DNA of 64,000 nucleotides. It comes from Acidobacteriota bacterium. Lineage in GTDB: Bacteria; Acidobacteriota; Thermoanaerobaculia; Multivoradales; Multivoraceae. The translations under genes and the position numbers were made by a program. Where the stretch lies: the NCBI GenBank assembly GCA_026707325.1, contig JAPOXA010000037.1:264822-328821 (forward strand), read 5' to 3'. Shown here one piece after another: positions 10,377 through 18,242 of this stretch. The notes below the pieces were generated by a model, which worked only from the letters and a program-made list of their open reading frames with translations, did not search any database and had not been told where the DNA came from. Position 1 is the stretch's first letter, and every line of letters starts with the position of its first letter.

Positions 10377-11012
10377 GTGCCGAGGCCAGGAAACGTGGCC
10401 GGGCGGGAAGCGGAGCGGCAGCGGCCCGCGACGGCCGCGTTGCTGCGCGCCGGGCTCAACCTGCCGAACGCGCTGACGCTCAGCCGTATCCTGATCGTCC
10501 CGTTGCTCGTTGTCGTCCTGCTGACGCAGATCGAGGGCCGGGAGTTCATCGGCCTGGGCCTGTTCCTGGTCGCTTCGCTGACCGACTTCCTCGACGGCTT
10601 CCTCGCCCGCCGGCGCAAGGAGGTGACCGCGCTCGGCAAGCTGCTCGACCCGGCGGCGGACAAGATCCTCACGTCGGCCGCGTTCATCTCGCTGGTCGGT
10701 CTCGGTCTGGCGCCCGCCTGGATGGTGGTCGTCGTCATCGCGCGCGAGTTCGCGGTCTCGTCGTTGCGTTCGCTGGCGGCGGCTCAGGACGTCGTCCTCG
10801 CCGCGAGCTTGGCCGGCAAGGTGAAGACGGTGACCCAGATCGTCGCCATCTCGCTGCTGATCATCTCGGACCAACTCGGCGCGTTCGACGTGCTGGCGCC
10901 GCTGTCGCTGTGGGTGGCGCTGGCCGCGACGCTCTACTCGGGTATCGAGTACTTCGTGCGCAACGGCCGGCGGGTGCTCGAAGCGTTCGGGGCGGCATCC
11001 CCGGAGCAATGA
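10377..11012 (+). CDS. pgsA: CDP-diacylglycerol--glycerol-3-phosphate 3-phosphatidyltransferase
   Basis: It carries the CDP-alcohol phosphatidyltransferase motif (DFLDGFLARRRKEVTALGKLLDPAADK). The start is uncertain. An in-frame TTG at 10440 would give the family-typical N-terminus MLRAGLNLPNALTLSRI. Confidence 0.85.
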   Translation: MPRPGNVAGREAERQRPATAALLRAGLNLPNALTLSRILIVPLLVVVLLTQIEGREFIGLGLFLVASLTDFLDGFLARRRKEVTALGKLLDPAADKILTSAAFISLVGLGLAPAWMVVVVIAREFAVSSLRSLAAAQDVVLAASLAGKVKTVTQIVAISLLIISDQLGAFDVLAPLSLWVALAATLYSGIEYFVRNGRRVLEAFGAASPEQ

Positions 11013-11067
11013 CCGTGCGCTCCCCGGCCTCGCCGGTGCTCGCTCCCGCCGGCGTGGGACGGCGGCC

Positions 11068-13644
11068 ATGATCCAGTCCGTCCTGGCGTGGCTGGCCGCC
11101 TTCGCCCGGCGTCGCCATCGGGCCGTGTTCCTGGTTGGGGCCGTGCTGGTCGTTCTCTCCGTGTGGTCGGCGGCGCGGCTCCGGTTCGACACGGAGATCC
11201 TGAACCTGCTGCCGAAGGACGACCCGGTTGTGACGACCTTCCGGTCGACGATCGAGGACTTCGGCAGCCTGGACTACCTGCTCGTCCTGGTCCGGCTGCC
11301 GTCGGACGTGCCGCTCGATCCGTACCTGTCGTTCGTGGAGGAGCTCGGTTCCTCGATGGAGGCGCTCGAGGAGATCGACTACGTCGACTACACGCTGGAT
11401 GTGGAGGAGCTGGCCGAGACGTTCTTTGCCCACGCCTTCGTCTATCTCGACGAGGAGGCGCGCGAGGAGGTGGCGAGTCGGCTGACGGACGACGGCCTCA
11501 GGCGCAAGGTCGAGGAGTTGAGCCGCCGGCTGGCGACGCCGGAGGGCCTGGCGCTTCGCGAACTCTTCCTGCTCGATCCGCTGGGCGTCCACGAGGTGTT
11601 CCTCGATCAGCTCGAATTCACCCGCGGCGGCCCCCCCTTCGACTGGGCGACCGGCTACTTCCTGTCCGACGACCGGTCGCGCGCGCTCCTGATCACACGG
11701 CCGGCCGAGCCGGCGCAGGAAGTCGAGTTCGGCCGCCGGCTGCTGGCGGAAGTGGAAGATCTGGCCGCCGACCTCGGGAGGCGCTGGCCCGAACTCGGAG
11801 GGGAGGACCGGGACGGCGAGCTGCTGCCGCTTCCCGAGGTGGCCTTCGGCGGCACCTATGTGACGGCCGTCTCGGACGCGGGCACGATCGTGACCGGGCT
11901 GATCTCGAACATGGCCACTTCGCTGATCGGCGTCCTGCTCCTGTTCGCTCTCGCCTTCCGGCGCGTCGGCCTCATCGCCTATGCCTTCGTCCCGCTAGCC
12001 TTCGGCCTGGTGCTCGCCTTCGGCTTCGCCGGCACGGTGCTGGGTGAGCTGAACGCGCTGACCAGCGGCTTCGCCGCGCTCCTGGTCGGCCTCGGGATCG
12101 ACTTCGTCATCGTCTCGTACGGCCGGTACGTCGAGGAGCGGCGCCGCGGCGCCGACCTGGAAGCGGCGCTGGTGGCGATGAGCCGCTCCTCGGGCAGGGC
12201 GGTCTGGACCGGCGCGATCACCACGGCGGCGACGTTCTACGCGTTCCTGGTGACCGACTTCGTGGGGCTCCGCCAGATGGGTCTCCTGACCGGCACCGGC
12301 ATCCTGTTCTGCATGGTTTCGGTGCTCCTGCTGCTGCCGGCCATGCTCGCCTGGCGGGAAGACCACCGCCCGGCTTCGGGAAGGCAGCCCCGGCTGGTTC
12401 TTCACGGGCTGGGCGCTCGCCGCCTCGTGCGCTGGAGCTTCGAGCGGCCGGTAGCCGTGATCTGTTGCTGCGTGGCGGTCACCGCGGCCGCCGGCGCGAT
12501 CGCTCCCCGGCTGGAGTTCGAGGACGCGATCCGGGAGCTCCGGCCGGAGGGAAACCCGGGCGTCGAGGTCGAGGACGAGGTTTCCGAGTACTTCGGCTCG
12601 GGGCTTAGACCGACGATGGTCGTGCTCTCGGGCGCGACGGAGCGGGACGTCATGGAGCTCTCGCACCGGGCCGAAGAGGAGGCCGGAGCCCTGGTCGACA
12701 GCGGCGTCCTGACCGGCGTGAACGGTATCGGCAGCCTGGTCCCGCTGCCGGCCCGGCAGGCTGCGGCGCACGAGTGGCTGGACGAGCGCCGGGACCTCTT
12801 CGACCGGCAGCGGCTGCGGTCCCTGTTCGAGCGGTTCGCGACGGAGGAGGGCCTCCGGGCGGAGCCGTTCCAGGAGGGCATCGACCTCCTCGCCGCTGCG
12901 GGGGCGGACCGCACGACGGTCACGCTGTCCTCGCTCCGCGCCGACCCGCGGATAGAGCGGTTGCTGGAGCGCTACATGAGCCGGAACACGGACGAGCACA
13001 AGCTCGTCGTCTACCTGTATCCGCCACCGGGTCAGTGGCGCCGCAGCGCGCCGCCCGGGGCTTCGGAGATCGTCGAGCGCCTCGGCCCCCGGGCGGCGCT
13101 GTCGGGCGTCAACGTGGTGGGCGAGAGGCTGCGGAACGGCATCCGGATCGACGCCGTCACCGCGTCGATCCTCGGCTTCGTCCTGGTGGCGCTGCTTCTC
13201 TTCCTGGACTATCGCTGGCTCCTGAGCACTCTTCTGTCCCTGCTGCCGTTGTCCGTCGGCGTGGTCTGGATGCTCGGGGTGATGGTCCTGGCCGGGCTCG
13301 ACATGAACTTCTTCAACGTCTTCGTCGTCACGATGATCATCGGCATCGGCGTGGACTACGGCGTCCACATGGTGCACCGCTGGCGCGAGATCGGCTTCGG
13401 CCCGGCGGCGCTCGAGGGCGAGCGGCTGGTGGAGGCCCTGGGCGAGACCGGCAAGGCGATCGTGCTGGCGGCGGCGTCGACCAGCGTCGGCTTCGGCTCG
13501 CTGGCCCTGTCGCACTACCCGGGACTTCGCTCGATGGGCATCGTCGCCATCCTCGGCGCGGTCGCCACGGCGCTGGTCTCGATCACCCTGCTGCCGGCCC
13601 TGGTGGCGCTCGGCTGGCGTCGGCGCGCGGCGCGGGGAACCTGA
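11068..13644 (+). CDS. MMPL/RND-superfamily membrane transporter (HpnN-like)
   Basis: 858 aa with two 6-TM bundles, each following a large soluble loop. MMPL-type motifs are GIDFVIVSYGRY and GIGVDYGVHMVHRW. Confidence 0.75.
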   Translation: MIQSVLAWLAAFARRRHRAVFLVGAVLVVLSVWSAARLRFDTEILNLLPKDDPVVTTFRSTIEDFGSLDYLLVLVRLPSDVPLDPYLSFVEELGSSMEALEEIDYVDYTLDVEELAETFFAHAFVYLDEEAREEVASRLTDDGLRRKVEELSRRLATPEGLALRELFLLDPLGVHEVFLDQLEFTRGGPPFDWATGYFLSDDRSRALLITRPAEPAQEVEFGRRLLAEVEDLAADLGRRWPELGGEDRDGELLPLPEVAFGGTYVTAVSDAGTIVTGLISNMATSLIGVLLLFALAFRRVGLIAYAFVPLAFGLVLAFGFAGTVLGELNALTSGFAALLVGLGIDFVIVSYGRYVEERRRGADLEAALVAMSRSSGRAVWTGAITTAATFYAFLVTDFVGLRQMGLLTGTGILFCMVSVLLLLPAMLAWREDHRPASGRQPRLVLHGLGARRLVRWSFERPVAVICCCVAVTAAAGAIAPRLEFEDAIRELRPEGNPGVEVEDEVSEYFGSGLRPTMVVLSGATERDVMELSHRAEEEAGALVDSGVLTGVNGIGSLVPLPARQAAAHEWLDERRDLFDRQRLRSLFERFATEEGLRAEPFQEGIDLLAAAGADRTTVTLSSLRADPRIERLLERYMSRNTDEHKLVVYLYPPPGQWRRSAPPGASEIVERLGPRAALSGVNVVGERLRNGIRIDAVTASILGFVLVALLLFLDYRWLLSTLLSLLPLSVGVVWMLGVMVLAGLDMNFFNVFVVTMIIGIGVDYGVHMVHRWREIGFGPAALEGERLVEALGETGKAIVLAAASTSVGFGSLALSHYPGLRSMGIVAILGAVATALVSITLLPALVALGWRRRAARGT

Positions 13645-14957
13645 TGTTCGAGGGCTTGCAGGACAAGCTCCAGGGAGTCTTCCGCTCCCTGCGCTCGGAA
13701 GGCCGGATCTCGGAGGATCACGTGCGGCGGGCGGTGCGGCAGATTCGCCTCGCGCTGCTGGAGGCCGACGTTCACGTCCGGGTGGTCCGCTCCTTCATCG
13801 GCCGGGTCCAGGAGCTGGCGCTGGGCGAGGAGGTGCTGAACAGCCTGACCCCGGACCAGCAGATGATCCGGATCGTCCGCGACGAACTGATCGCGGTGCT
13901 GGGAGAGCCGGGCGCGGAGCTCGAGCTCGCGGGCCGGCCGGCGGTGGTGCTGCTCTGCGGCCTCCAGGGTTCGGGCAAGACGACGACCGCGGGCAAGCTG
14001 GCGGTGCGGCTCCGCGGGCAGGGCAGGAACCCCGTGCTGGCGGCCGGAGACCTTCGGCGGGCCGCGGCGGTGGAGCAGCTCAGGCAGGTCGGCGCGGCGG
14101 CCGGCGCCACGGTCATCGAGCCCGCGGCCGGGGAGGATCTGCCGGCCTTCTCGAACCGTGCCCTGGCGTCGGCTCGGGAGGGAGGCTTCGACACGCTGAT
14201 CTTCGACACCGCCGGCCGTCTGCACGTGGACGAGGAGTCGATGGCCGAACTCGTGGCCCTGGCGGACCGCGTCGATCCCCGCGAGACGCTCTTCGTCTGC
14301 GACGCGATGACCGGGCAGGACGCGGTGCGGAGCGCGGCTGCCTTCGCCGGGGGCGCTCCGCTCACCGGTGCCGTGATGACCAAGCTCGACGGCGACGCCC
14401 GCGGCGGCGCCGCGCTGTCGCTCCGGGGCGTCACCGAGGTGCCGCTTCGCTTTGTCGGCGTCGGCGAGAAGCTCGAAGACCTGGAGTCCTTCGCGCCGGA
14501 CCGCATCGCCTCCCGGATCCTCGGCATGGGCGATGTGCTGTCCCTGATCGAGAAGGCCGAGCGTGTCGTCGACCGCCAGGAAACGGAGCGCCTCGCCGAG
14601 CGCATCGCCCGCCAGGAGTTCACTCTCGAGGACCTGCGCGACCAGTTGCGGCAGCTTCGCCGCATGGGGCCGCTGTCCCAGCTCCTCGATCTGCTTCCCG
14701 GTCAGTTCCGCGGCGCGAACCTGGCGGGCGCGGTGGACGAGAGCCGCCTGGTCGGCATCACCGCGCTGATCGACTCGATGACGCCGCGCGAACGCCGCAA
14801 CCCCGCGATCCTCAATGCCAGCCGTCGCCGCCGCATCGCCCGCGGCTCCGGCCGCACCGTGCAGGAACTGAACCAGTTGCTCCGGCAGTACCGCCAGATG
14901 CGGAAGCTGATGAAGCGCACCAGGGGCAAGTGGATGCAGGGGATCCGGGGCGCGTAG
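13644..14957 (+). CDS. ffh: signal recognition particle protein Ffh
   Basis: True start is the ATG at 13644 (MFEGLQDKLQGVF), which overlaps the upstream stop as TGATG. The longer track ORF from 12774 is a spurious extension. It has the SRP54 GTPase motifs GLQGSGKTTT and DTAGR plus an M-domain. Confidence 0.95.
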   Translation: MFEGLQDKLQGVFRSLRSEGRISEDHVRRAVRQIRLALLEADVHVRVVRSFIGRVQELALGEEVLNSLTPDQQMIRIVRDELIAVLGEPGAELELAGRPAVVLLCGLQGSGKTTTAGKLAVRLRGQGRNPVLAAGDLRRAAAVEQLRQVGAAAGATVIEPAAGEDLPAFSNRALASAREGGFDTLIFDTAGRLHVDEESMAELVALADRVDPRETLFVCDAMTGQDAVRSAAAFAGGAPLTGAVMTKLDGDARGGAALSLRGVTEVPLRFVGVGEKLEDLESFAPDRIASRILGMGDVLSLIEKAERVVDRQETERLAERIARQEFTLEDLRDQLRQLRRMGPLSQLLDLLPGQFRGANLAGAVDESRLVGITALIDSMTPRERRNPAILNASRRRRIARGSGRTVQELNQLLRQYRQMRKLMKRTRGKWMQGIRGA

Positions 14958-15009
14958 CCGATGCCGGACCGGGTAGGGTAGAGCTTGCCCCGGGGAGGAA
15001 CCCCGAGTG

Positions 15010-15174
15010 ATGGCAACCGCAGAGCACCACACCCCGAACATCACCGACGACTGGCTCGCATGGCGTCAGGACATGGACGGCTGGCGCGCCGGCATCGATG
15101 AGAAGCTGCGCAGCATCGAGAAGAACGGCGCCACCAAGGAGGACGTGGCGAACATGCGGCTTTGGGTGTCCTGA
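15010..15174 (+). CDS. small hypothetical protein (54 aa), possibly a truncated gene
   Basis: Below the ORF-track size cut-off. My translation is MATAEHHTPNITDDWLAWRQDMDGWRAGIDEKLRSIEKNGATKEDVANMRLWVS. GGGAGGAA lies about 9 nt upstream and third codon positions are GC-rich. No family was recognised. Confidence 0.3.
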   Translation: MATAEHHTPNITDDWLAWRQDMDGWRAGIDEKLRSIEKNGATKEDVANMRLWVS

Positions 15175-15465
15175 CCGTGATTGCTCCCGGTCACGTTCTT
15201 TGGCCTGAGTCGGCTGTTGCCGTCAACCCCTGCCGCTCGCGCTCCTGCCGCCCGGAGTCCCCCCACATTCCCTGCCTCGGTCCGTGGTGTCGCCAGCAGT
15301 TCTCGCGGCGCGCCCCGCGGCGGCACACTGATCGGGCTGTGGCCGGCGGGCTGGAGCGCCTGACTCCTCGAATGCTGCGCCGATCAAGCGCTCGTGCTGG
15401 CGTCCGGCGCGTCAGCTTGAAACCTGGGCGCGCGGCTCAGGCGCTTCGGTGCTTGGCGGCCGGAG

Positions 15466-15705
15466 TCAGGCCATGCGGTCGGGTGTGCAGGCGGGACGCC
15501 AAGCGATAAGGAACCCGCTTCCGCCATGACAATGCTCGTCTATCAAACGTGCCATCTCGTCACAGATGGCTTGCAGTTCGGCGCAGAGAATCGCCTTGGG
15601 CCGGTCCGCCATCGCCAAGTTGCACTGTTCGTCCAGGTCGCTCTTGCAGCCTGCCAGAGCCTCTTTGGCCTCGTCGCACTTGTCCCACGGATGCGGTTGC
15701 GCCAC
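15466..15705 (-). CDS. Cys-rich hypothetical ORF (79 aa, GTG start immediately after the upstream TGA)
   Basis: Seven Cys in 79 aa (DKC, GC, QC, LC, IC, HC, AC). It has no signal peptide and no SD of its own. It is in the same frame as, and contiguous with, ORF 15706-16080. Confidence 0.3.
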   Translation of the reverse strand: MAQPHPWDKCDEAKEALAGCKSDLDEQCNLAMADRPKAILCAELQAICDEMARLIDEHCHGGSGFLIAWRPACTPDRMA

Positions 15706-16080
15706 TCACGTAAAGAGGCTCGGCTGCTGTGAGTTCGGGAGACGGAACGCTGCGTTCTCGGGGTTCTCGCGCTCGCGGTCGCTCTCCTCGAAGCGTTGTC
15801 TCATCTCGTTCAACTCGCGGAGGTTCTTCTTGATCTTGTGTTCAAGAGCTCGCTTCTTCTCGATCGCCTCGCGGGCACCGTAGTACATCTCGATGATCTC
15901 GTCGTCGTCCGCTTCGTGGATCATCCGCTGGAGGGCTTGGCGAGCCTCGTGAGGATCGACCGTCCGCACTTCCGGCATGGAAGCTTCATCGGGACGCTCT
16001 TGCGCATAGCCGACGGCGGGCAACCCTGCCAGACAGAACACCACGGCGATGATGGCGGCGAAGGTCAGGGTCTTCTTCAT
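15706..16080 (-). CDS. hypothetical secreted protein with charged coiled-coil-like region
   Basis: The ATG at 16080 lies 6 nt after GGAGG; the track's TTG at 16086 is less likely. It has a Sec-type signal (MKKTLTFAAIIAVVFCLAGLPAVGYA/QE). GC looks lower than the flanks by eye. Confidence 0.5.
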   Translation of the reverse strand: MKKTLTFAAIIAVVFCLAGLPAVGYAQERPDEASMPEVRTVDPHEARQALQRMIHEADDDEIIEMYYGAREAIEKKRALEHKIKKNLRELNEMRQRFEESDRERENPENAAFRLPNSQQPSLFT

Positions 16081-16140
16081 GTACAACCTCCATTGGACAA
16101 CGGGCCCAGTTCGCAGCGCTTATGCACCGCAATCTTTCTG

Positions 16141-16763
16141 AACAGCGCGTCACGGCACTCGATGGTCTCCAGAGGATCGAGGACCGGATCGCGGGCGCCT
16201 GAGAAGCCGTTGCGCCGCATCCACTGGATCTCGCCGATCCAGATCGAGACCCGGGCGAGTTCGGCGGCGTACGGGTTGATCTCGATGCCCTTGACGTTGG
16301 CCGGGTCGACTCCGGGAAAGCTGGCGCTGAAAGCTCCCGAGAGCCTCCGCCTCCAACTGCACCCGGTGTTCGAGGTCCTTCAGGGCATGAAGGGCCAGGT
16401 AGAGGAAGTTGCCGGACCCGCAGGCCGGGTCCAGTACAGTGAACGTGCGTAATCGGTCGAGGAACTCGCGCAGCAGATTCTCCGCCTCGCGCCGGCGCCT
16501 TCGGGCCGCCGGGATCGCCTTCTGCCGCTTCTCTTGTTCCAGCTTGAGGGCGATCTTCTCCTTGACCTCGCTCCACTCGGCCTCCAGCGGTCGCACCACG
16601 ACCGGCTCGACGATGAGCATGACCTTCTCGCGGTCGGTGTAGTGGGCGCCGAGTTGCGAGCGCTTGCTCGGGTCCAGACCGCGTTCGAACAGGGTGCCTG
16701 GGCCGCTGAGCTGTCCTTCAACTCGGAGGCTCGCCACTTCTCGATGAACTCGAACGGCTCCAT
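16141..16763 (-). pseudogene. decayed N6-adenine DNA methyltransferase remnant (MmeI / PglX-like class I SAM MTase)
   Basis: Family-typical pieces lie in three different frames. They are MEPFEFIEKWRASELK (N-terminus), then GTLFERGLDPSKRSQLGAHYTDREKVMLIVEPVVVRPL...FTVLDPACGSGNFLY (SAM motif I), then, after a frameshift near 16310, VKGIEINPYAAELARVSIWIGEIQWMRRNGF...ETIECRDAL. The N-terminus is fused directly to the mid-protein region, which implies an internal deletion. The catalytic and target-recognition C-terminus is absent. Confidence 0.7.
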
Positions 16764-17078
16764 GGACTTGGGTTCGGTCGACTGGTGGCTCAGGTGAGTA
16801 CGGGTGCGGCTAGGAGCGCGATCCTATGTCGAGCGACTCAGGGCCTGGCTGGTGCCGTCCTCTTAGGGTGCTCGTCTTGGGCGGTGAGGGCCTCGCGGTG
16901 GTTCGCGACCGAGCGTCCCCAGGTGATGCGGGCTGACTTGGCCAGAGGCGGTAGAGTCGATTCGTGTCGTCCAAGGATGCCGCTGGCGGGAAAGAACGAG
17001 TAGAGTTGGCGGTTGGCTCGCGGTCGTGGTACTCCCCGGCGTCCGATTCGTGCTCTCTTGGGAGCAAGGAAGTGGCCC

Positions 17079-17591
17079 ATGGGCAAGACTGAACTCCTGA
17101 TCAATAAGTGGCGAGAAGAGGGGATCGACATGGTCTACCCTCTCCTGTTCAAGTTCCGGACCGCCGTTCTCGGCGAGGGCTGGGTTGCAGGCGTGGAGTT
17201 CAGCGGCGCTGTCGTAGTGACGAAGGAAGCGAGTGAGTTCATCGCGCACGGCCTGAAGCCGGGCGGTGTCGCCGGCGTCGGCTCGACGCTGACCGAGGCC
17301 TACCTGGCCTACAAGGAGGACGTGCAGACGGTCCTCTACGACATGGCCGGGGACGCTCCGTTCGAGGCCTTCCGGGACGAGGTGCTCAAGTTCTTCGACA
17401 GCCCTGATGCTTGGGGCGAGACGAAGTTCGCCGAAGGCCGCTTGATGGTCGCGGCCGGGAAAGTCGATAGTTCGCTGCCACTCGAACCCAAGCCGGAACT
17501 CGTCGCCAAAGTCGTCGAGCTTGAACTGAGTTCAAGGAACAATCCCGTCCTGCCGGCAGGGGAGAGTCTGCCAGTCCAGTTGGCCGCCTGA
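17079..17591 (+). CDS. hypothetical protein (possible HicB-like antitoxin partner)
   Basis: The ATG at 17079 lies 6 nt after AAGGAAG; the track ORF starts at 17013. The segment GLKPGGVAGVGSTLTEAYLAYKEDVQTVLYDMA resembles the HicB N-domain pattern (PG..a.G.TleEA...kea). It ends 8 nt before the HicA-like ORF. Confidence 0.4.
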   Translation: MGKTELLINKWREEGIDMVYPLLFKFRTAVLGEGWVAGVEFSGAVVVTKEASEFIAHGLKPGGVAGVGSTLTEAYLAYKEDVQTVLYDMAGDAPFEAFRDEVLKFFDSPDAWGETKFAEGRLMVAAGKVDSSLPLEPKPELVAKVVELELSSRNNPVLPAGESLPVQLAA

Positions 17592-17599
17592 GCGCGGCC

Positions 17600-17848
17600 G
17601 TGCCGCAGGCCCAGCTCCGGAAGGTCTTCGGGATGTTGGACGAGTGCGCTCCGGGCTACACCAGCGTCGAGACGGACCATCATTGGGTGGTTCGGTTCGC
17701 AGACCGGGAGCCCTTCCGTCTCCCGAAAGGTGAGCACAGCCGGCAGGCGGCCCGGACCGGTGGAGTACACCTCGGAACGATCAGGTCGATGTGCCGGCGG
17801 TTCGCGATCATGGACTGCGCCCGGCGGGTGCTGCCGCAACTCAAGTGA
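17600..17848 (+). CDS. HicA-like (YcfA family) putative mRNA interferase toxin
   Basis: 82 aa. By eye QLRKVFGMLDECAPGYTSVETDHHWVVRFADREPFRLPKGEH...VHLGTIRSMCRRFAI aligns to the E. coli HicA pattern (sEFrrwLes.G....gsNHlKLrf.grrsvmPrH...l.kaIlkqLGl). No search was run. Confidence 0.45.
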   Translation: MPQAQLRKVFGMLDECAPGYTSVETDHHWVVRFADREPFRLPKGEHSRQAARTGGVHLGTIRSMCRRFAIMDCARRVLPQLK

Positions 17849-17976
17849 GTGGAGCCGGTGTTCCCTGGTGAAAGCCGTTCTGCTGCTAGACTGCGCCGCT
17901 GCCCCGGCTCCCGGTGCTGCCGTGGAGCAGGCGGCTCAACAACCCGGAAGAATCCTGAACTCTGGAAGATCCTGAC

Positions 17977-18231
17977 ATGGTGAAGATACGACTCCGGCGC
18001 ATGGGTTCGCGCCACAGACCCTTCTACCGCGTGGTGGTGTCGGACAGCCGCAAGGTGCCGACCTCGGCGGTGATCGAGGAGGTCGGGCACTACGACCCCT
18101 GCAAGGACCCTGCGGTGATCCGGCTGAAGTCGGACCGCATCGACCATTGGGTGGCGCGCGGAGCGCAGCTCACGGACACCGTCCGCGGCCTGGTGCGGCG
18201 GGCGGCGGCGGCGACCGCCGCGGACTCGTAG
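17977..18231 (+). CDS. rpsP: 30S ribosomal protein S16
   Basis: MVKIRLRRMGSRHRPFYRVVVSDSR is the canonical S16 N-terminus. Confidence 0.97.
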   Translation: MVKIRLRRMGSRHRPFYRVVVSDSRKVPTSAVIEEVGHYDPCKDPAVIRLKSDRIDHWVARGAQLTDTVRGLVRRAAAATAADS

Positions 18232-18242
18232 CGGGCCGCGTC

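Noticed and set aside
12774-13643. 5' extensions of real genes in the ORF track: ffh from 12774, the M50 protease from 24172, the FAD subunit from 27430, the SNF transporter from 36211, dsbD to 24120, dapF to 47157, the trx-like gene to 50254, and ndk from 34728.
   Set aside because: The extensions overlap the preceding gene in another frame and translate to Arg/Gly-rich junk. Internal starts give family-typical N-termini, signal peptides and SD sequences or stop-start overlaps.
15650-15708. Possible bacterial SECIS hairpin downstream of the in-frame TGA at 15706-15708 (minus strand).
   Set aside because: Only a 4-bp CGCA/UGCG pairing with a ~19-nt loop could be drawn by eye. There is no stable stem with a G/U-containing apical loop at the expected distance, so selenocysteine is kept only as a low-probability alternative in the finding.
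14958-17976. Search for a tRNA/tmRNA gene, integrase, transposase or flanking att-like direct repeats that would explain the islet. The 38653-44814 island was searched the same way.
   Set aside because: No T-loop-like GGTTCGAATCC motif, cloverleaf, recombinase ORF or terminal repeats were found by eye. The insertion mechanism is therefore left unexplained rather than called a mobile element.
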